Made by a program: the position numbers and the translations under genes
The notes under the pieces: generated by a model
What the model saw: the letters and a program-made list of their open reading frames with translations, nothing else
What the model was told of the DNA's origin: nothing
Databases searched by the model: none
NCBI GenBank assembly: GCA_036172245.1
Contig: JAYWIR010000015.1
Span: 3,782,001 to 3,846,000 of the forward strand
Origin: Raillietiella orientalis
Lineage: Eukaryota
Direction of reading: 5' to 3'
DNA length: 64,000 bases
Shown: positions 1 through 12,998 of the stretch, one piece after another
Position numbering within the stretch: the first letter of the stretch is position 1
Layout: the number at the start of each line of letters is the position of its first letter

Positions 1-1999
1 GCTTTGTTTTAGGATGCTCCTTTCGGAAAAAACAGCACTGATGGAAACTATGAACATGAAGTTTGGTGGCTCCAATACAAGAGTATATGCATACATCAAA
101 TAAAAAATGCGTTGAAGGTGGTTTGCTACTGTTCCTGTGTTGTGTAATTGGGGGTTTTCACTGGATTGAATACTTGGGAAACAAATTACCTATCTTGCAG
201 CCACAGATAATCAGTAGAACCTGATTTCTTGCTGAAACATTCAAAACTAATATTGAGGTCATGAACCATTTTATAATTATATTGTTCACATTACATATTG
301 TTTACTATAAAGATTAAGGAACAAGCTTCTGTAAGGGGGTGTATTTTTTTTTTCTCTGTGAAAAATTGGCTCGTAACAAACGGTATTTACAACAAAGTGT
401 AGTTCTATGCTTATGTTTCCGTTGAGGAGTTTCCGTGGGAAATGCTGCTTGTGTAAACCCATGTTGTGTAGTAAAAGTGCATTTTATACGCATTGTCAGG
501 AAAGATACAGGCATTCGTACAATTTCCTGAATATTTTTTACACAGATTTCCCTTCTCACTGCACGCAATGATAAAGGCAGCAGCAGTGAAGTAATGTTTT
601 GTGCAGTTGTCAAATTTTGAATTTTATGCAAGCAAGCAACCAAAAAGCCACAGGAACCAGTGTCTTCGATTCATCAGTGCAACCTCAGGCTCTTATGAAG
701 CAGTTATTCCTTCTGCGTGTTGCTATGAGCGATGATGATCATTGCTTTGTTGTAATTTTTGGGCCACAATAGTGCCATCTACACGTGTGTACCTCTTGTG
801 AAGTTATTCCTCATCGACACACCAACCATGTCTGGATGTAACTGGTCACAAGGAAACATGAATGAGACTCCGAATGTAACATGGCGATTCTCGTAATGTG
901 ACGTGGACTTCATGTGACCTTTTCGGCTTTCCTAGTTTATTTTCTCGATATATAAGTCGAGCATTTGTAGTAAACCCGTTTGTAACGTCTGTGAAGTAAA
1001 ATGCTCTTCGAAAGTTCTTGAAATTCGTGATCACAGGAACTTAGTCATGAGGCGCACAAATAGTAAAGAAGTGCTGTGTCCACAGTTTCCCTTTCATTGC
1101 TTTTTCATCCGAAACTTTTGAATACGTACACATTTCGAACGAAATGAGGGATGCATTTCTCACTTTGTTTCGTTTGCTAAGAACAGCTGATGGATTGGAA
1201 TACTTAGTAGAAAGAAGTGTTTGGACCCGGTAAGGTGGTTGGATACAGGGCATGCAATACACGGAACACTACCAACCATTTCTGAAGAGATCTGTAACTG
1301 CTCTCCGTCAGGAGACCTCAGCGTCGGACTTTTCTATGTTTGAGTGGCCGTGAGTTCAAAATCCCTGTACGTGTTGATCAGGTTTGCTGTATTAGCAGCC
1401 TATTAGCCTTCCATGTTTACTGTGCTGTTTCCGTAGAGCTTACCTCGTAAGTGTTACACGTGCAAGGGCTATATATATCATGGGTGTGTGCGCGTAAGAA
1501 CGCTTTTCATCGAACTCGCATTTATGAGTTGCAGCTAGTGATGGTGTATGGCAGAAGTAGCTGCTTCAGTCTTTTAATTTCAGCATACAGAGAATCCTCA
1601 AACTGTTTTACAGGTTTTTCATGTTGAAACTCGGCAACAAGCAATACTAGTCTCATTTTTCCAGCAAAATATTTTTTTAAAACTAAGATGCACGGCGAAG
1701 GTTCTTCATGTGATGATTGTAAGATACCTTGTCTTCTGCAGGTGTTTTCAAATATAAACTGGTATGGAAAACTTTTCAATGAAAGAGGGGTTGTTATCTT
1801 AGCATTAGGCCTAGTGGATTCTTGGGGGAGGACTCCAGCGCTAAGCTAAAGTTTGATTTCATCTTCGGAGTAGTAACTAGGTGCTGAAAATTGCCACAAA
1901 AACATCAGTTGAGAAAGGGAAGAGGTGATGCTGGCATCCTCCCGGTGACACAGAGGTCTTGAAGAACCGATCTGCAGAACTCGTTTTTCAGCGAATTCC

Positions 2000-4110
2000 T
2001 TACTTCTCTGAAAGGGTGAGCAGGGTTGCCGCTGCGGCCAACCGGTGTGCCTCCAGAATCTTCATTCCTGATGTTTCCAGAGGCCGTATTTGCGTGGTAC
2101 CGCGCCTCTTCAGCCAATGTATTAGTACACATGTGCTTTGATCGATGTGATCAATGTCCAGAGAAACCTCTGATAGCGAGAGAGTCTCCAGACTATGTCA
2201 ATGGGAGAGGTGGTAACGTTCCCTCTCACCCACTCACATTTGGACTTTCCTCAAAAGAAACGCAAGTTTCCTCCAATCATCGAACAGTGCTGCGGAGCGT
2301 TTCTGGAAGAAATCTGCACGACATTTCTATTTCTAAAAGCTCTTCCCTAAGGAAGTGACAGTGCCCAAACTGCCGAATGTCCAAAGGTCTCACGTAGGAT
2401 CCAGGCTAGAGACCTTCGTGATTCTCCTTCTCTTCCCTTATTCCCTGTGCATTCTGAAGCAGTGACACTGCTAGCCTTAGGTCCTTGTTTTCTTCACCTC
2501 AGGGACCCCGGCAGCAGCTGCAGCGTCCACTTCCCTCGAGTAGGGGCGCTTCGAGCGGCCTGAGTGTCCGGCGTAGAAAAAGGCTCCAGCAAGCAGGTTG
2601 AGCAGCAACTTTTGTCCGAGGAAAAGGAAAAAGGGAAGGAAGAAAATGCCCCAGGTATGAAGAGGGGGAGATTGGCTCTCTTCAGGAGCCTACAGGTGGA
2701 TGATGTAGTATCTGTCTGAAGTGTATCTGGAAAAGGAGAGTTGAGCAGCTTCAAGGCTCAAGAAGAACGGCATTGCATCGTCAGTCTGGGAAGAGGTGGC
2801 AGACAAAAGAATTTCGAGTGAACGTAGTGGAAGAAACATCTCTGATGCAAGCTAGGCTGCAGGGACCAAGTAAGGGTGGCAAGCTGGGATCCTGCTCTCC
2901 TGAAAGAGCCACTGACCTTGTGCGGTCCCAAAACTTCATTCCTTTCTCGGGGACTGCTTTGACGACTGAATCTCGGAAACAGTGAGCCTGTAACTAGATG
3001 ACCTCGAAATTCGGGGCTCTGGTCGCACACTGGCTTCAGCAGCCGCCTGATGAAGGGTTTCTTTTGGTGCAGAGAAAGAGGAAGGCCAAAGAAAGCAGGT
3101 GGTCCTATGCTGGATGCTAAGAGAGACCGATAGTGCCTCTCACTGCATCCATCTTCAGAACCGGCTCGTCTTCTCTTCCATCAATGCCCTCAAAGACGGC
3201 TCTCACGAAGGAGGGAACATGGAATGATGGCGTCACAATAGGACCTTAGTCTGCACTCGGTGACAACCATCGTTGTGGCTCCGGCAGCAAGTCGGTAAAG
3301 CCCTCGCTAGGCTGACCCAGCGCTAATGCCTCCAAGGTCTCGTTTAAGAGCTAGTGAAGGTGCGTATCAGCCGGAGGAAGAGGAGGAAAGAAAGAGGAAG
3401 GGGTGTGCTCAAGCGGAGACACAGGTCATGCGCTCGCTGGACTGTAAGGCACTTGCCTTACAGTCCAGAGGCGCTGCTGCCTGGGCTGCTGAGTAGCGGC
3501 CCGGCACCTGGCGTCTTCTCGATCGCTATTCTATCCTTTCCGATGCAAACTTTCGATGACCTTTGGCACTCCTCCTCCCGAGAGCTCAATACTCCAAGAA
3601 ATTTGGAGTCCTCAGGATGAACAGACGAAGGAAAGGGAAACACAAGGTAGTAAAGGGAACTCCCGCTCTCCCGTTGGAGACAATGCAGTATGTTTCGCCA
3701 CGTTTCCAAGGGGACTGCGCGCGCGTCTAGGTCAGTAGCAATCAGGGGGAAGTTGCGGAAGTGACTCAGTGCACCATCATGCGGGAGTTTTCCTTTTATC
3801 AGACCTTCCAAAGCTCCCATTCCTCGCATGAGGCCTTGTTTTCCCGGACACGAGATGTGCCTAGACAGGGGCTCTCCTTCACGTGCTTGCACGCCAATGG
3901 CTCTGGTTCCGACGCTTTTCGCTCACTAAAGCTTTCAAGGATCTCGAAAGATGGGCGTGGCAGTCGGAATTGCGTAAACTCGGCCGACAAGATCCGTGTA
4001 CTCTAGAGGAGGAGCAGACGTGCAGAGACCTTCCTAACCCCGCGATCCTCTTCATGTTCCTCATCCTTTCCCTCTCTTCCTTGACATTTCACAGAACCGA
4101 GTCCCGAGAA
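2000..4110 (-). mobile_element. Decayed L1/Tx1-type ORF2 (reverse transcriptase region)
   Basis: Ordered degenerate RT motifs across frameshifts: EILESFSERKASEPEPL (KAPGPDG), HFRNFPLIATDLD (NYRPISL), VHPEDSKFLG (HPDQxGF), IAIEKT (DxEKAFD), NETLEALA (EPLA). Confidence 0.6.
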
Positions 4111-4115
4111 AATAA

Positions 4116-4880
4116 CCTCGCTAAATACTCAAGAACCGTTCGCCGCCTGGTGGCTCGTGAAGCTCTTTGACACTGACCATGCCAACTGAGAGCGCGTGTG
4201 ACTCTTCAGGTTAGGGGGTGCACTTGTAGGGGGTCACCCTCTAAATATAGGAAGGACTCCGGGGGAAGGAATCCGTTCCTCTTACGCTTGGGAGGGAACC
4301 CTCTACCCTGGTTGTCTCTCTTCCTTAATCTCTCCGAAGGGACATCTTGGAGAGGACCACTCAATTAATTCTTCTCCGAAGGGAACCTGGAAAGGATTCA
4401 CTCTTGGAATTTCTCCTCTTGAGAGAACCTGCAAGGGATCCGGTTTCCTCCTCTGAAGAGAACCCCGAAGGGACGCCTCCAAATTTCTCTGGAAGACGCT
4501 CCCTGAAGCACTGGAGATACTCTGGAGAGACAACCCCCTGAGAAGGGCAGCTCGTAAGCACGCTATGGTAAGTCTCTTTTGAAAGGGGAAAAGGGAAGGT
4601 TCCACTTTCACAACCAGAGAGGAACGGCTCCTTGATTCCTGGAAGGATCCCACAGCGTCAACTTCCAATCCTGGCCGGTCAACGGGGACATCCAGGGATT
4701 TACGGCTTTTACGAGTGCCGCATCCGAATGGGCCAACCAGCGCCATCCTGCAGGAAGAGGGGACTCGAAACCCACGACTCACCCTTCATTTCCGGCGTCG
4801 ATCCTCCACGTGTGGATTCGAACCCGCAAAGCTTGGCACCGCGCGCGGAGATCGCATCCACACGACAGCCACCGAGGGCC
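4116..4880 (-). mobile_element. Long tRNA-derived SINE-like repeat, copy 1 (near full length)
   Basis: Reverse strand starts GGCCCTCGGTGGCTGTCGTGTGG (A-box-like), B box GGTTCGAATCC at 4814-4824, core GCAGGATGGCGCTGGTTGGCC...CCTTCCAGGAATCAAGGAG, 3' CCCCTAACCTGAAGAGTCACACG...AAAGAGCTTC; collinear with seven other copies. Confidence 0.85.
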
Positions 4881-4897
4881 AACAACAACAACAACAA
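4880..4897. repeat. (CAA)6 microsatellite abutting the SINE copy 1 head
   Basis: CAACAACAACAACAACAA read directly. Confidence 0.8.
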
Positions 4898-7099
4898 AAC
4901 AAAGCTGGGAGGAAAAACAGCGAAAATGGAAAATAACTCTGAAGGAGGAGGGGCCCTGGAGAGACTCAGATCACCTATCCCACTTCCCACAGCCTGTTCT
5001 TCTCGTGTCCAGAGCCCAGTTCGCCATTGTTCTGTAAGGGTGAGCGGCACGGAGGCTGCGCTCTCTGTCACAGGACGACCTGTCATCCCTCTCCTTCCAG
5101 GATCTCAAGTCAGAAGCCCCCTCCATCGCAGTTCTCATGAACCTCGTGAGAGGTCGATACGGCAAGCTTCCACAGGGACCCTGGCTTCTCCCTCGGAGGG
5201 GATGGACCCCGAAGAGTTGCCCCATCTCCGCTGCCACCGCATCTGCGCTCGTCAACAGCAAGGAATCCTGCGGGGTTCTTTCTAGTCCGACAGACTCTCA
5301 GGCATTACGCAGGAAGAAGGTGGACCACGAGCTGGAAACAGGGGAACCGGGAAGCAGCTGGTCCTCTAAGCCACAAGTCCTGGACTCGAACGAGGGATGA
5401 TAGTCGAGATGACGCGCTCAGCCTTGGCTATCCCCAGGAGGGATGGATGACGGATCTGTCCGATCTCCAGGCGGGCAGGAATGCAAAATGTATCCACGAC
5501 TCCAGGGAACCTCGCCTACGTAGCGCCCAGTTCCCTGCTTTTGCTTCCAGGAGTCGAGAGAAGATAGGGCTCCCCTCCTGAGAGGAGAAGAGAGGCTCGA
5601 AGGAACGAACTCGGTTCCGCTGTCCTTTATCTTGCTACTCAGGATTCTTGTCCCTTCGGAAGAGGCAGGCACCTCAAACAATCGCAAGGACACGAACGGC
5701 GTGAGACGGCACACAAAAATAAAACCCGGGCATCGGGTTTTATTTTTGTTTTTTTTTTTGCGCGAGCGGGAAGAATGGTTTTACACAACGCGGAAAAGTC
5801 TGTTTTTCCAAGCCGAACGGGCTCAGGAGCAGTGTAGGGGGGAAGAAGGGGGGAAGAGGACAGTCCTCGTCGCGCGCTGGGCCGCGCTTCGGCGGAGACA
5901 ACGACAGCAAAGCGGGAACGCTGAGGATCTTTCACAAACGCAAAAGAGAAGAAAGGGGGCACCCTCTGCGTCGTGGACCAGAGAGCAGGACCAGGAGGCG
6001 CTAGGGTGACCCGTGATCGACGCTCCTTTCAGCACGGGTTCCAACTGCGCATTTCCAGCGCTGTTGGGCATTCGGACTGCGTCAGGAGAGCGCCTGGACG
6101 TCGATTACGTCAGGAAGCAGACTGCGCATGGCTGGCTGCTCCAGAGAAGGCTGCACTCTTCCGAAAAGTCGCACCCGACTCGTTGCTCGCAAGGGTGAGC
6201 GCGCGCGGGTCTCCCTGAGCGAAATAGAGAGTTTCTGGGTTGACCGGAAAGTGGCAATCCGATAAGGGAGTCCAGGATGTAAGATGCCTGGTAGCTCGAC
6301 AAGCACGCGTCTAGAAATATCCGTCAGCATCTCGGGTGTAACAAAGCCAACGGCGGAGATTCCAGCGAATCAAGTCGAGACGCAGTCGCAATTCCCATCA
6401 CAGCTTCGTTAACAAAAGTTTGTTTCACTGAAAGCCTGCTGGGGCTGGTCATGAATAGACCCTTCTCACCAACGATCCATTCATTCCTTCCCATGCTTCT
6501 CATCCAATGCTTCCAGGTAAGATGTCCGGCTACATGCCAACAACGAAAGGAGTCTGACTGAAGTGTTATTAAGAGCTGAATTTAATGTCAGGGAAACAAA
6601 CATCAAGAGAATGAAGCTTGCTAAGAGAAGCATTATTCTCACATCATTAACGTCGAAATTTTCCTCAACGTTCTTAATATGTTTATCATGTCCACTTTGA
6701 TCTCTTCACGCATCTCTTTTTTATGTTTTCCGTAAGCAGGCAAACAAACATCTGATGTGTGGCTAGTTCGAGATCTTAGGATGCTCGAAGTATCCAAGAG
6801 AATGTGAGCTACAATTCGATGCCCATTAACAAGGAAGACACACGGAACTGCAGTCGAACTGCAGTACTTATGAAGGAAAACATCAGAGTAATCAACATCA
6901 TTGACCTCATTCTGCGATGTTTTTTCTACACGTGATGGTCATTATGGACGTTCGTCACATTTCCTTCTGTTGCTGCCGTGTCAGAAGATTCAGGGTCTCG
7001 TTTTTACAGGCTTCCTTTCCCAGTCATTTTTTTTTTCATATGAATCTTCTATCTGCTTTTCCATCTGCCGACTGGACCTTGCGCCGGGAGCTCGGCCCA

Positions 7100-7900
7100 G
7101 TGCTGAAATGCCTCTCGGGACCGAAAGTGGAATTTCAACTTCAAAGAGAGAAGGAAATCAGTAAGATGCCTCAAGTGTTCAGGGCATCTTCGTCGCCATA
7201 GGGATGTAGGTGAGGAGCCTCGAGATCTGGGTCCATTCTAGAAGATGGAACTTGAAATGCTGACGATGCCTGCAAGAGTCTGTCGCTGAGAATTTTAGAT
7301 TCCGATTCTCGTGACGATCGCCCGATGATCTTAATTGAAGGATGCAGGCTCTCTGCTCCGATGGTGACCACTCGTTGCCTCAAAGAACGTGCTTCGGGGT
7401 ACCCCCAGTCTGTGTTCTCTCCGCCTGCGTTGACATCTTTCCAGAGGTTCGTTGCTCTAGGAAATTCGCCCTTTTTCTTTTTTTTTGCTTCTTTTCGACA
7501 AGTGGCACTTCAGGCAGGTTTTCTTAAAGGATCGTCACGTGATCTCGAGGCTGCTGATCCGAGCGTCTGCAGCACTCAGACGAACATCTGCAGGCGCGCA
7601 CGCTGGTGTCTGTGAAAATCGATAGCTGTCTACAAGTTCAGCCGCGGGCAAAAAGTGCTGTTGCCTTCTTCCATGCCTTTTCCTTCCCTCCAGTGTCCTG
7701 ACCGTAGAGGAAGAATCCAGCCCTGCTCGGAAGCTGCTCATTCATGCAGCAGAGCACTTCGCTTCCTGGATGTAGCGCTTTTTCGAGCTTAGCCCCGCGT
7801 GTAAATCCAGCATCCGCACCCGGGAGACTTCGCCATTTTTGCTGGACAACTCGTAAGCGACGTCGGTGACACGAACCAGCCTTATCGGTTTGGTGATTTT
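7100..7900 (+). mobile_element. Decayed LINE RT fragment (clade unclear)
   Basis: RASGYPQSVFSPPAL resembles SGVPQGSVLxP; AADPSV and QVQPRAKSAV follow at plausible spacing for ADD and FNxxK motifs. Confidence 0.35.
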
Positions 7901-7959
7901 CACGCATTTTAGTTCGCGGAATTCCTGAAGCTACCCCTAATTACCCTCGTCTGGCTGCG

Positions 7960-8650
7960 CTCATCCCGACCGGACGGCGCATCGACATGAAAGGACTGCG
8001 AGAGAGCACTTACGGTGCCTGCTTATCTGTTCGGCGTTTTCCTTAAGATGTTGCTTCTCGTGCTCTCTTTTGCGTGAGCTTCCAGCACAGGGGGGAACTC
8101 GGCAACGGATCACTCTGGTCATCGCGTGAACTCGAACTGATGTGACCCCCACTGACGCTTCGTATTTTTCTGTGAGTTTCTCTCGGCCGGAGTGCATCCA
8201 GGAAAATTCCTCTTCGGTGAGCTGCTCTTCCTGGTCGGCGGCCGAGAAACGCTGATTCAGCATTTCCTTCCTGAGAAGTGCGTTTGCCATTCAGCAACCT
8301 CTCAGTAGTCGTCACTGCCGCGTTCTTCACGGCAAGCGATTTCGCTCCATGTTGTTTCTGGAACCCATCAACTTCTCTTCCTTGTCTTCCGAGAGTCATT
8401 CCGTTTCATCCCAGATTTCTCCAGAAGGTCTGTCTTTTTCCGTTGAAGAATTTGCTGGCAAGCTGGCTGTGATGGGATCTGATTACGTAACCGATGAGGA
8501 AGGACAAGCGAAGCTGCTTCTTGCGCCCACGCGCAGACTGCTGCGCTCAAAACACGGCAGTTCTTCACCGAGTCATGCAGGAACGTTTGTTTAGAACAAC
8601 AAACAAGCGAACAACCAGTCGGAAGCAGAGTTCCCGAAACAAAATAAAGC
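7960..8650 (-). mobile_element. Decayed CR1/L2-type ORF2 endonuclease-RT linker
   Basis: QILQRKKTDLLEK then KEMLNQRFSAADQEE (KAxxLNxxFxSVF) pattern. Confidence 0.4.
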
Positions 8651-8690
8651 AAACAAGTTCGAGTGTATTCTCACCGGGGTATGCCAGGGA

Positions 8691-9700
8691 GTTTATTTCA
8701 ATAAAAATAAACATTTACAGAAAATTGTGGTTAGACCGGTGATCCAAGCACGTGCGTTTTATGGGGAGCCTTCCGGGTCACCGGTTTGCATACCAGTGAG
8801 CAGAGGGGAGCAGACAAACAAAAAGAAAAAAAAGAAACAAAGAAATGATAATAAATAAACTTTGGGGGGGGAAGGGATCACTGTCTGCTGGTGGCTGTCC
8901 TCTGCATCCTCTGTAGGATAACGGCAAGTCCTGCTGGATATTGCTGTCCATGTAGGGTCATCTTTTTGCCGTCCTCATGAATCAGACGGCAACGCGGAAC
9001 GCATCTCTGTCGCTGTGGCTTCCTCTTGCGTCACTCCAGGCAGCGGCGATCTAGCGTGGGCAGCATAGGGCAGCATAGCGAGGCTGCCGACCAAAGGGCA
9101 TCGTGAACAAGGAAGGGTTTTTAAGCGTCTCTGGAGTTGCCACCGGGGGGTTGCTAAGGTCGCAGCAAAGCGTTCCAAGAGGTAACGGAGGACAACACAG
9201 TCTACTAGCAAGTGCGGGAAGGATTCGCGCTCCCCGCACCTGCCACAGCTGGGGTCCACACATCCCCGTGTCCAGTGATGCCGGAGGACATTGCACGGGA
9301 GGCCCCAGTGCAACAGTATCAGCGCCGACTCCTGCCACTTCAATAGGAGGGTGTTTCCATCCAAAAGCACTGAGGAGCACTGCAGATCTTTTACCGGAAT
9401 TCTAATTAGCTCGCCCCAGCGCGGAATTCCTCGTGGGAGGACAATTGAGGTCGCAGCTTCCGTGAGCTGGTCCGTCGTCCACTCGCCCATTCTTCTTCCG
9501 GAGATGCTCGCACTAACCTCCCATCTAGCCGCAAGACTGCTTTCCATAAGTACCCTGAGGGGAAACAGCGCTGTAGCGAGGGAGTCTCTCCCTCTTCCTG
9601 GGATGTTCTAGGATCTCCCAGAGCCAGCAGTTGCTGTAACAACAGTACAGCAAACCCTGCTACTGTTCCGGGCAAAGCTCGTTGTTCCACGCCCCCGTGA
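8691..9700 (-). mobile_element. LINE 3' fragment, L1/Tx1-type (family A copy 1): zf-RVT plus 3' UTR
   Basis: LLHWGLPCNVLRHHWTRGCVDPSCGRCGERESFPHLLVDC (zf-RVT pattern CxxC..E...HLL.C); stop at 8878-80; T-rich UTR with AATAAA; collinear with 25191-26100. Confidence 0.75.
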
Positions 9701-10049
9701 GAACGTAACCAGGCACTACCGTTCGCGTGGCGGCACGAGATCTAGCTCATGTTCTTCCCGGTGAACGTGGCTACCCTCCGAAGTTGCAATCCATAGTGGA
9801 AAGTATTGCAACGACTGCGCTCAAGGAAGGACGCAAGTCCACCGCTGCCTGTGGCTTGCTCGAAGAGGAGGCGTGCAGCAGCGCACCAGGCGGTGCTCCA
9901 CAAATTCGCCACGAAGGCAAGGCAGCTGAAGCTCCAGTCGCTCCAGCGTCAGTAGGACGAGACCGCCGTCCCGAGGCGGAGCGCACAAACAAGTTCGAAT
10001 GAATGGAGGGTTCACCGACGCACAGGTCGGTCAACTAGGGAAGTCCGAG

Positions 10050-10700
10050 GCGGGACGAAAGGGAACAATAAGTGAGTAAATAAAGGGACAGGGGTCTTTG
10101 GCACAAGCTTCTCCTTTTCTCCCCAGTGCCGGCGGTCTTCAGCCTCACTTCTTCCAGGTGAGACCACCTCTTAGTCATCCTCATGAAGTCGGCTGCCATG
10201 CGGGTGGCCTTCCTTCGCTGCTCCTGAGACTTCCAGCACATAGCAAGCCGTCTCCATGGCGCGGATGCAACAACAGTTCATTGCAGCTCTTGGCGCCGCA
10301 AGCGAATAATCGCAGCCGCGTCAAGTCCACGCCGGCAAGAGCTCTGAAGCCAGCCTCCTCCACACTTCCTGGATGACGCCACACTGTGATAATAATAGAT
10401 GAGGGATCGCTCAGCACCTCAAGCAGTTTGGGGATGCAGCTCCCCCGGAAACGAGGTGACGGAGCTGACTGCCCTGGAAACCCCAGTGCAGAAACAGCAG
10501 CACCTCGTGCTTCCAGTTCAAGGGGAACACCGAAGTGTCCACACGCAATGCAGGGACCCCAAGTTCTTCGAGGAAAGGAGGAGAGAGACACGCTCCACAG
10601 TTCGCTCCACCGAAGCGCTCCATTGCCCGGTAAGGAGGAGTGGCGGAGTCCACCGGCTCTCTCGTCACGCAGCCGTCAAGGAGTTCCGTGACCTTCGCAG
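10050..10700 (-). mobile_element. LINE 3' fragment, L1/Tx1-type (family B copy 1)
   Basis: FLHWGFQGSQLRHLVSGGAASPNCLRC and QRRKATRMAADFMRMTKRW; homologous to 19600-20320 including the 3' CCAAAGACC...CCCTTTATTTAC. Confidence 0.65.
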
Positions 10701-11179
10701 TGGTATACGAGAACTGCCACCCCGCCGGTGAGCTGCAGTCGGAAGCCGTGTGTTTAGGTTGCATTCACATTGAAGGAGTCTATCTTTTGAACTCCGGATG
10801 GTCTACAGTTGATATAAATAGAGAGCAGATCATGGAACTACATGAGTTCAGAATAGAGAATAGAGAGTGGAACATGACTGTTCTTGCACTTTGCAACTCC
10901 CTTCGCAAGGAGACGTGAAAGTGCCACATTGTTGGCACCGCTGTTTCTGATAGCTCAGAATTGGTTCCAATAGCTCGAGTTCAAAGGGTCAGCTCCTACG
11001 CACAGCCGTCAGTGCGCCATAAAGGGAACTGCAACCAAATGCCCCTCAGGAGTTACGCGCAAGCTTGGTCCAGTCCCTCGATTGTCACGAATTCACGCCG
11101 ACAACAAGAGAAGAGGTTGCGCATTATTGCCGTGGTCCACGAATCCTCGGAAGGAAGGAAAAAAGAAGCCTTTCTCAAC

Positions 11180-11990
11180 TTTTCCCTGCATTCCGCCCTT
11201 AGGTTGTTCCGCACCATTTAACGTACTGAATAAATGATAAGGAAAACTGCGAGCGGGATGATGGTTGTTAAGATCTGGTAACGATCTAACCTCTCCTCTA
11301 GCAACAAATGGATTTCCTGATTATATGCCTTCCCTCCCGAACTCTAGGGCTGCCTGCTCATTCCCGAATCGCATTCGAGTTTCCAGACGTTTGGTTTCAT
11401 TAGAAACTTCGAGAAACACGTCACTTCCATACCTGCAAATCATGACGGCTCCACGGATTTCTTTCTCGAGATCACTTCCCGTGCTGCTTCCATGTAGTGT
11501 CAATCGCGTTCGGATGCTGCTGATTCCGGGAAACCGTCTGCTGGCTCTCTGTGCAGCCACAGAGAGCCAATTTTTCCTGTACGGTCTGACACGCCAGGGT
11601 AGCCTTCGTTGGGAACAACGCTAGCAGATGGCGCTGCAACTGTTTCCAGACGTCGAATTGCTCCAAGCTCCGCTTTCACCAGGCCAGAATCCGAACTGGG
11701 ACCGCAGAGATTTCGTCAAGACACCAACTCCTCTCTCACCTGCTGCTATTAGCGATTTCCATCTTCCTTCTGGCAGCAAGGAACCGCAGCTCCTCTGTGC
11801 AGATCTCTTCCTACCGGTGCGACGTGCCAGAAGTGAGAGCTTGTTCTGGAAGTTGCGCCGCTGCTCGCCAGCACTCTGGGTTCAGCACTCCATCCCAGAA
11901 GACTTGATCTTCAGGATAGGAGAGCTCGGAAGATGCGAAATATGGTACGGTTTTTGCAACGGAACTGAGATAAAGAATCAAGGAGACTTA
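11180..11990 (-). mobile_element. Decayed CR1/L2-type LINE 3' region
   Basis: ERGVGVL (EKDLGV), AAQRASRRFPGISSIRTRL...LEKEIRGAVMICRY (QRRATxxIP...RL...LExRRxRGDxI), SVR*MVRNNL (RVxxxWNxL). Confidence 0.55.
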
Positions 11991-12199
11991 ACGTAATACC
12001 AAATGAACCACCACTGTATGTGGCAACGCATTTGTATGATACCTCGCACTTTCCATAATAATTATACCGAAATTCTAGGAAAGAGGATTAGCATATGCTT
12101 TGATCTATTAATACCACTTCATGGGGAGGGGAGTATGCACTACTAACAGATCAGCTACTAACAGCACATATCACATTAGGCTCGTTCATCGATCGGTCG

Positions 12200-12950
12200 G
12201 TAGAGCCGGGATGTTTGTTGGTCGGGTAGAGCCCCATCGAAAGCTGAGAGTTTCTAAAGTGGTTTCTCTCCCCCCCCCCCTCCAATCCCTTTCTCACTTG
12301 GAACTGAGTGGCTACGGAAGCCCTGGAGACGCTAAAGGATACAAAGAGTGAAAATGGTGTTGCCCAGTTCGGTCGTAACATGTGTTTCGAGCGTGGCTCG
12401 TCGTACCGTGTCTCGCCTGGAGGGACCAATACCCCGCAAAAACAGTGCCGTTCGCAACTTGGGGGAACCGTGGTAACGCGAGGCTGCTCTCTAGGGGCTC
12501 ATCATGTTCCGGACACCCCGAGGCCCCTCTTGCATCGGCGGGAAGAGGAAGGCGTCCAGGCAGCCCAGGTTGGTGGATGAACCAGGCCGTCGCCTAATGG
12601 AGAGCGGTGCAGCTGGAAAGAGGAGCCGCATCCTAACACCCTGCTCGCCGGAGCAGCAAAGGCCGATTGGACTTCTCGGAATTCCAGGAGTGCAGGCTTT
12701 GAGGCTTTCGGGTTTCCCGAACGACGCCTCTGTCCTTACTCTTCGCCGCAAGTACGCCTCTACCTTGCTTTGTTCACTGGGGCTTCCTGAGAACCATAAG
12801 CCGTCACCACACCCCAGCTCAGAGGCTCCCAAGGGAATGTTCCCACTGCCGAACAGCGAGAGCTCGCTCTTACGTGCTTTGGAGATGCACCAGGATGCAG
12901 AGGAGATGGCCACACACCTCAGGGGTGCTCCAACTGTCCAATGATGCCCC
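12200..12950 (+). mobile_element. Decayed I-type LINE RT/post-RT fragment
   Basis: QALRLSGFPNDASVLTLRR resembles the post-RT ALRxxxGxxxxxPxxxL pattern; upstream motifs weak. Confidence 0.3.
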
Positions 12951-12998
12951 CCGGGATTTTTGCCACCTCTCTGAGCTTTCCAGCTGACTCGAAACCCA

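Noticed and set aside
1522..1779. 85-aa ORF in the AT-rich left end
   Set aside because: No recognisable domain or exon structure.
5960..6400. Possible LINE ORF1 (RRM-like) remnant; similar weak hints at 18850-19550, 24480-24800, 34700-35230, 47800-48700, 49000-49450 and 56300-56800
   Set aside because: Only one or two weak motifs each; not enough to call without a profile search.
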